In this document: positions 12,430 to 21,907 of the stretch, piece by piece
Numbering within the stretch: the first letter of the stretch is position 1
Layout of the letters: the number at the start of each line of letters is the position of its first letter
Origin: Octopus sinensis
Lineage: Eukaryota
DNA length: 64,000 bases
Direction of reading: 5' to 3'
Assembly: GCF_006345805.1 (NCBI RefSeq)
Contig: NC_043000.1
Coordinates: 310,001-374,000, forward strand
Made by a program: the position numbers and the translations under genes
The notes under the pieces: model-generated
What the model was told of the DNA's origin: nothing
Seen by the model: the letters and a program-made list of their open reading frames with translations, nothing else
Databases searched by the model: none

Positions 12430-12889
12430 GGGTACTAATAGGTAGTACGGCATGCTGACATAGCAGTCTTAATAACCAAACCACAAGTTTTCACTTGAAC
12501 ACAAAGTTGAAATCGGGAAAATGAAAAAAAAAAAAAAACCTGAGACCCTGTACCAATGAAGGAAATAATCGGAAATTGAAAAGTCAGACTTATCCGTATC
12601 ACCATGATTTCGAACGTTGAGAAATATCCTTAGTTCATCATCAGCGAGTCTTACTGATCTGAGGGTTGTAGAGTATATTCGCCTTAACCAATGTGTGCGA
12701 TGAAGTTCGAAATCACGGTGATACGGTATATCTGACTTTTCAATTTTCGATTATTTTCCTCATTGGTACATGGTCTTCGGGTTTTTTAAAATTCATTTGC
12801 TCTCTTTTACCTTTGTGTTTAAGTGAAAACTTGTAGCTTGGTTATTTTGATTGCTATATTTAGCATGCCGCTATTACCTATTAGTACTC
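12430..12889. mobile_element. Fold-back element with ~190-bp inverted arms flanked by TTAA (Penelope 3' end with inverted pLTR, or MITE)
   Basis: GGGTACTAATAGGTA...GATTTCGAAC / GTTCGAAATC...TACCTATTAGTACTC; spacer ~90 bp. Confidence 0.75.
12591..12650 (-). ncRNA. Candidate type I hammerhead ribozyme, canonical core
   Basis: TCG-CTGATGA-T-GAAC..GTTC-GAAA-TC-ATGGT-GAT-A/CGG: core, stem II, stem III and NUH present; stem I only 3 bp. Confidence 0.45.
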
Positions 12890-12981
12890 TTAATTATTAA
12901 TTGATAATTTATACCTTTATGGGTTTTTTTACGCATGCTAATCCACAGATATTATTATAAACAATAATATTCTCATATATA

Positions 12982-13110
12982 CAGGGTGTCCCAAAAAAAT
13001 GTATACACACCTTAAATAATTGTAAATTTGTTATTCTTTGTAAGCCTAGTACTTATTCTATCGTTCTCTTTTGCCGAACACTATGTGTATACATCTTTTT
13101 GGACACCCTG
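12982..13110. mobile_element. Tc1/mariner-type MITE, 129 bp
   Basis: TA|CAGGGTGTCCCAAAAAAATGTATACAC...GTGTATACATCTTTTTGGACACCCTG|TA. Confidence 0.85.
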
Positions 13111-13178
13111 TATAGTATATATATATATATATATCTATATATATAATATATATACATTTTCATAAAGCTTCCCGTTAT

Positions 13179-13212
<34 letters not shown>

Positions 13213-13263
13213 ATATAGATATATATATATATTTTTATATATTTATATATATGTGTGTGTGTG

Positions 13264-13299
<36 letters not shown>

Positions 13300-13382
13300 T
13301 AGGTGTGATGTACAGAAACTGAATACTGAGAAAAGAAGTCGTCTTCAGAATTTTGGAAAAAAATAATTTTATTTCTTCATTA

Positions 13383-13425
13383 TTATTAGCGCTTTCGTTC
13401 CTTTCTTGAATTTGTCAAATAAAAT
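13383..13425 (-). ncRNA. Candidate minimal hammerhead, U3-A8 variant
   Basis: TTAT-TTGACAA-ATTC..GAAC-GAAAGCGCT-A/ATAA; palindromic stem III AGCGCT; A10.1-C11.1 mismatch. Confidence 0.5.
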
Positions 13426-13596
13426 TTTGTGAATGCACAAGCAGTTTGTTCATTTATATAAAACAGGTGTTTTTTTTATGAGGCTTTGTTTAGAAGAGAA
13501 CATTGTTTTTGTTTTGTTGGGTGAGGTTCCATGACAATGGAAATGGATAGATAGAAATATTGGCAGGTAGATAGGGTGATAGATGTATGTGTATGT

Positions 13597-13631
<35 letters not shown>

Positions 13632-13959
13632 AGAAAATAGTAAAGTGTGAAAAAACGACAGAAGGCTTAAATGTTAAAAAAAATATATATTTGTGTCAAA
13701 ATGTCTGGAGAATATTGGAAAATTTTTTTTCCTTTCCTTAAAATGACATAATGTTAAAATTTTTAAGAAATTACCAGGTTTCCCGTGTAGCTTTTCAAAT
13801 TTCTTGTGACGTTATGTTTATATTGCATGGAGTTATCGTTGTGTTTATTAACGGAGATTTCTAATAAGGGGAGGTAGTGAGTGATTTCTTTCTTCGGTGT
13901 AAGGGAGATAATCGCTTAAAATTTTTTTTTTTTTCCCTTTTCCTTGTTAATTTCTCTGT

Positions 13960-14360
13960 GTCAGTATGTTCGGATGGTTGAGTTCTGGGTTTGTACTTTT
14001 CAATGAAGAATGTTTCCTTGTTCAGTCTCTTTGTGTTGATGATCCGAAAGCACATTGGTAAAATGGGAAGATTAAAAATTGTGGCAGTATTGCTTTGCGC
14101 ATTTCTCATGTGCTCACTAAAAGGTATCATTCTATATTCTGGGAATGCAATCTGTTGTCGATGCAGTGTGCATCTACGCCTGAGTGATAGTCCCGTTGAA
14201 CCCACGTAGTCTTGGTGGCACCCGAGCATTTATAACATAAATTATGTTTTCAGAGGCACAAGTAAAGTTAGATTTGATCTTGAATTTCTGTCCCTCTTTA
14301 AAGGAGAATTCTGATCCTTCCAATAGGTTAGGACATGTTGCACAGTTCGATCTACCACAT
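13960..14360 (-). pseudogene. PLE GIY-YIG endonuclease remnant
   Basis: CGRSNCATC..FKIKSNFTCASENIIYVI + CHQDYVGSTGLSLRRRCTLHRQQI..EHMR..ETFFIEKYKP(ELN) across frameshifts; CCHH-type linker cysteines and IY/YVG motifs. Confidence 0.85.
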
Positions 14361-14742
14361 TCCGAACATACTGACACAGAGAAATTAACAAGGAAAAGGA
14401 AAAAAAAAAAAAAAAAATTTTTAAGCGATTATCTCCTTACACCGGAAGAAATCACTCACTACCTCCCCTTATTTAGAAATCTCCTGTTAATAACACAACG
14501 ATAACTCCATGCAATATAAACATAACGTCACAAGAAATTTGAAAAGCTACACGCGAAACCGTAATTTCTTTAAAAATTTTAAAATTATGTCATTTTAAAG
14601 GAAAAGGAAAAAAAATTTTTCCAATATTCTCCAGACATTTTGACACAAATATATATTTTTTTTAACATTTAAGCCTTCTCTCGTTTTTTCACACTTTACT
14701 ATTTTCTATATATTCACCCACGTGCTTTACCAAACAAACTTT

Positions 14743-14826
<84 letters not shown>

Positions 14827-14873
14827 TACATATATATATATATATGCATACATTTAATATATGTATATATTAA

Positions 14874-15035
14874 AGGCGCAGGAGTGGCTGTGTGGTAAGT
14901 AGTTTCCTTACCAGCCACATGATTCCAGGTTCATTCCCACTACGTGGCACCTTGGGCAAGTGTCTTCTACTATAGCCTCGGGCCGACCAAAGTCTTGCGA
15001 GTGGATTTGGTAGACGGAAACTGAAAGAAGCCCGT

Positions 15036-15068
<33 letters not shown>

Positions 15069-15272
15069 ATGTTTGTGTGGCTGTGTTTGTTCCCCCAACA
15101 TTGCTTGACAACCGATGGTAGTGCGTTTACGTCGCCGTAATTAGCGGTTCGGCAAAAGAGAACCGATAGAATAAGTACTAGGCTTACAAAGGATAAGTCC
15201 TGGCGTCGATTTGCTCGACTAAAGGCGATACTCCAGCATGGCTGCAGTCAAATGACTGAAAAAAGTAAAAGC
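14874..15272 (+). mobile_element. SINE family B (tRNA head, CORE-like CCTTGGGCAAGT, internal (TA)n/(TG)n)
   Basis: AGGCGCAGGAGTGGCTGTGTGGTAAG...GGCACCTTGGGCAAGTGTCTT...GACTGAAA..AGTAAAAG; more than 20 copies in the window. Confidence 0.9.
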
Positions 15273-15524
15273 ATAAAGAGCAAAGAGTGTATGTGTGTAT
15301 GTGCTTACGTTTATCTCAAACCGCTTGAAAAGCCGTGTTGGACTGCTTACGTTGCCGTAACTTACTGGTTCGGCAAGAAATTGATAGAACCAGACTTAAA
15401 AAACAGGCTTAAAATATATACTGGGAATGATTTGTTCGATTAGTCAGTCTTTGGGGGAGGTGCTCCAGCATAGCCGTAGACCAGAGACTGAAACTGGCAA
15501 GAATGAAAGCGTATCTGTTTCTTT

Positions 15525-16030
15525 ATTACACACAAGGGGCTAAACATAGGGGGGACAGACAAACGGATTAAGTCGATTACATCAACTCCAGTGCGTAACT
15601 GGTACTTAATTTATCGACCCCGAAAAGATGAAAGGCAAAGCCGACCTCGGCGGAATTTGAACTCTGAACGTAAAGACAGACGAAATACCTATTTCTTTAC
15701 TACCCACAAGGGGCTAAACACAGAGGGGACAAACAAGGACAGACAAACGGATTAAGTCGATTACATCGACCCCAGTGCGTAACTGGTACTTAATTTATCG
15801 ACCCCGAAAGGATGAAAGGCAAAGTCGACCTCGGCGGAATTTGAACTCTGAACGTAAAGACAGACGAAATACCTATTTCTTTACTACCCACAAGGGGCTA
15901 AACACAGAGGGGACAAACAAGGACAGACAAACGGATTAAGTCGATTACATCGACCCCAGTGCGTAACTGGTACTTAATTTATCGACCCCGAAAGGATGAA
16001 AGGCAAAGTCGACCTCGGCGGAATTTGAAC
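15525..16030 (-). repeat. Head-to-tail multimer of SINE family C (184-bp unit)
   Basis: Junction GAAATACCTATTTC at ~15683 and ~15867. Confidence 0.9.
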
Positions 16031-16617
16031 TCCGAGGTCAACTTTGCCTTTCATCCTTTCGGGGTCGATAAATTAAGTACCAGTTAGGCACTGGGATCCT
16101 AGCTTCAGCATTCTTTCCAGTTCCCCTTCGCTCGTACACAAGACTTAATCTTTTATTCTAGCTTTCTGTCATCCAATTTAACTCCACCTCCTTCATCTCC
16201 CCTTCACCCCTCTCATCTTTCACCTCCCCGCCCCCTTCACATCATTGGCACCTCATTAGGTTCTTACTAGACATCGCTGAACCCCCAATGTGGACATGTC
16301 TAAATATTTCCGGCCACTTTTTCTCGACCCTGTCCCCACTTCACACTTCCCCTCGCCCGCCACACGCGCTTGACTCAGTTCTGTCTGCCAGTCTACAGAC
16401 AATCGGATCGGGTTACCTCAGTTACCTGCCAAACCTCGATCTATTACTACGGCCCATACCTAAACCCCACCCCCCAACACGCACACACACGTACCCAAAC
16501 ATACACGGGCTGAATGGGGTTAAGCATGACTGAAGGAGAGGAAGATGTGGAGGGAGGATACTTAGAAATATTTAATATAAAATCAAAACATTATGTTAGA
16601 CTCCTGCATCGCAAATT

Positions 16618-16777
16618 ATCACTACTACTACTACTACTACTACAAACACTACTACTACTACTACGACAAGCAGTACTGTACTATTACTGCCAAGGTCACT
16701 ACTACTACTACTACTACAAGCACTACTACTACAAACACTACTACTACTACTACTACTACTGCTACTACTACTACAAG

Positions 16778-16810
<33 letters not shown>

Positions 16811-16915
16811 AAGCACTACTACTACTACTACTACTACAAGCACTACTACTACTACTACTACAAGCACTACTACTACTACTACTATGCTAAGGTCACTTAT
16901 ACTAATACTACTACT
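16618..16915. repeat. (ACT)n trinucleotide tract with ACAAGC interruptions
   Basis: Directly visible. Confidence 0.95.
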
Positions 16916-17077
16916 GCTGTTTCTGCTGCTATTGCTTGTGAAATTTGTATATAAGTTGTAGGGAATTAGTAATAATGGTACAGCCCTCCCACGTGACGAA
17001 TGAAATAACTTAGTCACTATAAGTGAAGAGAAGTACCAGAGTACGTAGCAGACGGAGAGAGATAGTTTTTGTCTTTA

Positions 17078-18788
17078 GTCGGCCATCAAGTTTCTCAGGC
17101 TGCCAGCCTTTGTGTAAGTTATTTGGAGTTATTCTGGTGTGTTTATTCAGGTGTGTTTATTTCAAGTGAGGAGGTGGTGAGTTCGAATTCGTTGGAGGAC
17201 GTGGAATAATTTTTTTTCCTGAAAATGCAAGAACAGACTTACGCGCGAGCGGCAGGCAGAGGCCTGGTTGCCGGTGAGCTGGAGATGGAGGAGGTGGTGG
17301 TCGAACAGAAGACTTTACAGAAGTATTTCGACAGTTTAAAGAGGGAGGGTGACTGCGTAAGAGTCACACCGTCCGAGGAGGAGGAAGCAGTGCGGAAAAG
17401 CGTACGATAACGTACAGGACGTGGTGTGTGGAGTCGTCGAAGAAAATTGAGGTAGCGAAATGGAAGAAGTGGAAAAGTCTGAAGGAAGTTGAGGGTGAAC
17501 CCACATTTTTCAAAAGAGGAAAGAAATATGCCACGGTGGTGGTATATTTTGAAACAGAAAATGAGGCAAAAAAGAACGCAACAAGAATTTTGAAATCGGA
17601 TAAGTGGACTTTGCTACCAAGTTACTGCGGAAGGAGGGCAGTGAGGATGAGAATCAATAGAATCTCACCCGAATTAATATGGAAAGGTTGCTGGCAGCAG
17701 TGCTGTTTAACTGCAAGGATGATGTGGAGGTACTGAAGGTGGAGAAGTCAGCAGAGGTGAAGTGGTGGGGATATACGGTGCAGGTCCTGGCACACATAAC
17801 CGTGCGAGACTGTACAACATCCCGGAGGAGTTGGTCTACCCTGACGAGACTCGGCTCCGAGTTTGTGTGTAGAGGGAAGACCCCCAATTTGCTACAATTG
17901 TAAATCGAGGGCCACATGAAGGATGTGTGCCCGCGAGAAAAACAAAAGCACCAGAGGTTGTGATAGAGGAGTGTAGAGATGCGTGTGTGGAGGAAACACG
18001 AATGGAGGAGCAGTTAAATGAGGAAGAACGAGCAAGTGCAGAAGAGGAAAAAACAGAAGACAGGAAGAGATCAAGGGTGGAATCACCACCGAAAGATCTA
18101 AAAAAGAAAAAAATCAAAAGCAAGATAGCAGAAGAGAGAGAAGACAAAGAACAGGAAGTAAAAGAGAAGGTGAGAGAGCGGCCAAGGACAGAGTTTGAAC
18201 AAGAATGGGAGACAAGAGTGAACGAGCAATTGGAATCGTGCAGATATGGAAGAAGGCCTACAGGAAAAAACTTGAAGGCAGTTGTAATGTATATCAAGAA
18301 TACAGAAGTGGAGAAGAGACTTGTAGGTAAGAAAGGGTTGGTCAGGGTGAAGGTGAACCCAAAGCTGTATGGTGACGACGTGAAAGGCGTCATTATAGAC
18401 AAAGAGACATATATAAAACTAAAAAAGATGTTTAATGCCATACACATAACGCATATGTGCGGTATGATAAATTGCCAGATGTTATAGAGCAAACGGACCT
18501 GTTGGATTATATGACGGACGAGCGTCTAATGTAAAAGAATTGTAAAATTTAAAGTTGTATTTTGAATATATGTAATGTTGACATGTAGAATTGTAAAATT
18601 ATTGTAACTGTAAAATTGTATGTATAATTGTATTTTAAACGGAACTGCGAGTTGGGGGTTCGTAAGCCGTTCCATCTCATTACATCTAATTCATTTTTTA
18701 CTTCATATTTTATTTTTACTCTATGTACCCCATGTCCCGTCTTGTAATGTCCCCCTCTTCGTGGCCCCTTAGTGGGTAATAAAAAAAC
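17078..18788 (+). mobile_element. ORF1-only non-LTR retrotransposon, copy 1
   Basis: 20-bp TSD AGAGATAGTTTTTGTCTTTA (17058-17077, 18789-18808); AATAAA(A)n 3' end; one frameshifted Gag-like ORF; no EN/RT. Confidence 0.85.
17225..18492 (+). pseudogene. Tx1/L1-like ORF1 (Gag-like, CCHC zinc knuckle), frameshifted
   Basis: MQEQTYARAA..EKRTITYR..KRGKKYATVVV..LLPSYCGRR..VEGRPPICYNCKIEGHMKDVCP (CX2CX4HX4C restored by one base), then a charged low-complexity tail. Confidence 0.8.
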
Positions 18789-18949
18789 AGAGATAGTTTT
18801 TGTCTTTACTTGTATATCGAAGTAGGCGTTATAACAATCCAACTGTTTAAGGATTACAACACTGGAGGATTTAAACAACTCACGAGGAGTTAACAAAATC
18901 ACAAAAGCTTTTGTCGTGCGAATTTTACGAAAAAAAAAAATCGTAAAAT

Positions 18950-19256
18950 TTTGGAAAATTTGTTGGTCGGTTTGCTCGAGATTCCAAAACAGCAATTGAA
19001 AGAACGATGACAGAAGCACATACAACAGCTGAAGCAACAACAACTGCAAGAGCAACAAGAGAAGCAATGACAACAAACAATATTCGAGCAACAAATGCTG
19101 CAATCACTGAAGCCGTCGTGAATGTCAAAGAAAGGATTCTCGCCAGACTATATCGCGAACTCGACAACAGAGTTCAAATACGAACCAGACGAAGGAGTTA
19201 CCTTCGAGGCGTACGACGGAGGCTATGAGTAAATATTCGATAAAGAATGTAAAGAT
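18950..19256 (+). pseudogene. Ty3/Gypsy (K02A2.6-like) gag, 5' part
   Basis: Gln-rich stretch then IANSTTEFKYEPDEGVTFEAY..YE*IFDKECKD, continuing in register as WDDEMKMRL at 21910. Confidence 0.8.
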
Positions 19257-19296
19257 AGGCGCAGGAGTGGCTGTGTGGTAAGTAGCTTTGCTAACC

Positions 19297-21287
19297 TTCG
19301 TCTGAGTTAGACGTGTTATTTTGCTGCTCCGGATGCCACGTTGTTTCAACGTGAATTGTTGAACTTTCGACTCGACTGCAGGTAGGCGTTTTGTATTTTT
19401 GCGAGCGAAGTGAAGTTTTATTACTTGCATTAATGTTTTTTAGCATTAAATATTTTTTTTAGCAGATAATAAGGCTCCACTTTGCTCCGGATATAATTTT
19501 TCTGCCTGTTGTCGAGTGTAAAGAAATTTGTGTTTTTGAGGCGGCGTAGTCCGTCTGCAAAAATTATTTTTGAAATTGTCGTTGTGTTATCCGCGGGATT
19601 TACCAAGGATTATTTACCAAGGTGTTGTACCAACCATATACTTGGCCTGGAATACAATTTTTAGCCGAAAAAGTGAACAAAAAAAAAAAAGAAAAATTAA
19701 TTCCTTTGTCTGAATTTGAACTCTTTCTCCGTCTATCCTTCATTTGTAAAAAAAAAAGAACTTTTTTTGAACTGCCATTTTTAATTTTATTTCTTCCCTT
19801 CTGTTGCATTTTTCATTCTCCTTTCTGTGTCAAATTTGTTTTATCACATTTTGAACTGTTTTTTCTTACGTTATGGCAAGGAATTTCACTGTGTGGGAAT
19901 TGACACCCCCCAAAAAGTACTTAAAGGAGCTCGAGGACAGAACCGTGGTGTTGAGGTCGCTCGATACCATAATGGTTTTCCCGAAAGCCACCATTATGAA
20001 CGAGCTGGCAGACTATATGCCAGCCGTTAATTACATTCAACGGGGAGCCAAATACGCAACGATTTGGTTGCAGCTTGCGATTTCGCGAGTAAGCCCATTG
20101 AGGGCGAAGAGATTCTGTTTCTCCCAAGCTATAAGGGGGAAAAATTGATACGATTATGGGTCTGCGGCCTGCCGCCCGGCTTTGAGCCCGAGTGGGTGGA
20201 AGATTCCATCCGCCGGGGTCTGAGTGGTGGTAGCGCCAAGATCCTGAACGTGAGAATGCAGCCTGCGGCTGACTGGGAAGGGTCAAAGGCTACTTTGACT
20301 CTGTGGACCCAGTCGGCCAAGAGTCTGGTTTTGCCGGACTACTTGAAGATGGCCGGGTCCAAGTATCCGGTGATGCTTGAGGGACGCCCCCCAAGTGTCA
20401 CCTGTGTTCGGAGACCGGCCACATTAAAAAAAACTGCCCTAGGGACCAGAGTAGGATCCTGGAGAAGTTAATATCAGAGCCTCTCCCTGCTCCACCGATG
20501 GAGGGAGAGAAACAAAGTGAGGAGGGGGAAAATTCCTCCTCCAAAAGAAAAAGAAAAGTGGGGAGCAATGGCGACCCACCAAAAGAACCGGAGGCTGCGG
20601 AAGAAAAAGAGGACCCGGTGCGTATAGCACCGGAACCTCAACCTCCCGAGGCCCAGCGTAAAAAGAAAAAGAGGAACGGGACGCCACCAGCGGACTGTAA
20701 CACCCAGATGGCGTCTCCCATGTGTCCTCCGGCGGTTGTGATGCCGGAGAAATTTTATGTAGTCCTCTTCCACAAAGGAGGCACTGTAGAAAATGAAATA
20801 GGTAAGATGAGGAAGAGAAACGAATGGGAGGGACTTCGGTCCTGCATGGAGTATCCCGAGTGGCCTTCGCAGCTGGCTGCGGAGGTCCTACTCGAAAATG
20901 ATATGTGCAGGATCGAGAATTCTTTCCCGGAGGATCTCTTGCAAGTCATACCTGTATGCGGAAGCCTGACGACGGACGATTGCGTCATTAAAGCAAGAGA
21001 GTTCATCGGTCGGGTAACGTAAGACTGTAATTGTGTTACATTGTGACAGAGGTTTATTGCCTCTGAAGAGACTTTTAAAATTGTAAATTGTAAATTGAAA
21101 TTTTTGTGAAAATTTTTGAATTTTTGTAATTTTTGAAATTTTGTAAATTATTGAAAAAAAAGAACATTGTTTTAGAGAAGCAAAAGCCGGCGAGCGCTTT
21201 CTGACTTCTCCCATCACCATCTTCATCCACCACCACCATCATCCATTAATGTCTTTGTGCTGCCCTAGTGGCAAATTAATTGAAATA
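19297..21287 (+). mobile_element. ORF1-only non-LTR retrotransposon, copy 2 (diverged family)
   Basis: 16-17-bp TSD AAGTAGCT(T)TGCTAACC; ~575-bp T-rich 5' UTR; AATAAA at the 3' end; no ORF2. Confidence 0.85.
19873..21022 (+). pseudogene. Tx1/L1-like ORF1 with CCHC knuckle, frameshifted
   Basis: EDRTVVLRS..QRGAKYATIWL..FLPSYKGEKLIRLWV..VMLEGRPPKCHLCSETGHIKKNCP; collinear with copy 1. Confidence 0.8.
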
Positions 21288-21458
21288 AAGTAGCTTGCTA
21301 ACCAACCACATGGTTCCGGGTTCAGTCCCACTGCGTGGCAACTTGGGCAAGTGTCTTCTGCTATAACCTCAGGCCGACCAAAGCCTTGTGAGTGGATTTG
21401 GTAGACGAAAACTGAAAGAAGCCTGTCGTATATATATATATATATTATATATATATAT

Positions 21459-21491
<33 letters not shown>

Positions 21492-21494
21492 ACA

Positions 21495-21665
21495 TGTACC
21501 GTTGGCGATTTTTTTCCCTCTATCTTTCCTTCTCCTATGTTTCCGACGAAGAGCTCCGCTCGAAACGTTACACCCTCCTTCTTTCCTGAGCGTCCAATAA
21601 TACTATATTTGTTCCACGTCCTCGCGTTGTTGTGTTTTTTTGTGCTTTCTTGTTTGGATTAACTA
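21495..21665 (+). mobile_element. Penelope-like pLTR fragment inside the SINE (TA)n tract, with hammerhead motif
   Basis: GTTT-CCGACGA-A-GAGC-TCC-GCTC-GAAACGTT/ACAC at 21539-21573. Confidence 0.6.
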
Positions 21666-21671
21666 TATATG

Positions 21672-21706
<35 letters not shown>

Positions 21707-21907
21707 ATATGTTTGTGTGTCTGTCCCTCTAGCATTGCTTGACAACCGATGCTGGTGTGTTTACGTCCCCGTCACTTAGCGGTTCGGCAAAAGAGACCGA
21801 TAGAATAAGTACTGGGCTTACAAAGCGTAAGTCCCTGGGTCGATTTGCTCGACTAAAGGCGGTGCTCCAGCATGGCCGCAGTCAAATGACTGAAACAAGT
21901 AAAGAGT

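Larger units (their letters stand above)
13300..14707 (-). mobile_element. 5'-truncated Penelope-like element with inverted 3' repeat
   Basis: GIY-YIG remnant between ~345-bp inverted arms (13632-13974 / 14361-14707); hammerhead-like motif further 3' at 13383-13425. Confidence 0.8.
16954..18861 (+). mobile_element. Putative 5' LTR of the Gypsy element (~177 bp; 16954-17077 + 18809-18861), split by an ORF1-only retroposon
   Basis: Termini (A)GTTGTAG...TTACAACA, followed by CTGG-AGGA (degenerate PBS-like) and gag. Confidence 0.5.
19257..21907 (+). mobile_element. SINE family B inserted in gag, itself split (19257-19296 + 21288-21907)
   Basis: Head ends AAGTAGCTTTGCTAACC and resumes AAGTAGCTTGCTAACCAACCACATGG. 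Confidence 0.9.

Noticed and set aside
15525-16030. CRISPR-like or satellite interpretation of regularly spaced repeats
   Set aside because: Units are contiguous SINE bodies without unique spacers, in a eukaryotic context with no cas genes.
16096-16510. Pyrimidine-rich segment faintly like a PLE ORF end
   Set aside because: No convincing motif or repeat partner in the window.
16514-17017. Poly-Tyr/Thr/Val ORFs
   Set aside because: (ACT)n repeat translations.
18925-19228. Hydrophobic and Thr/Ala-rich ORFs from the track
   Set aside because: Alternative frames of the decayed Gypsy gag.
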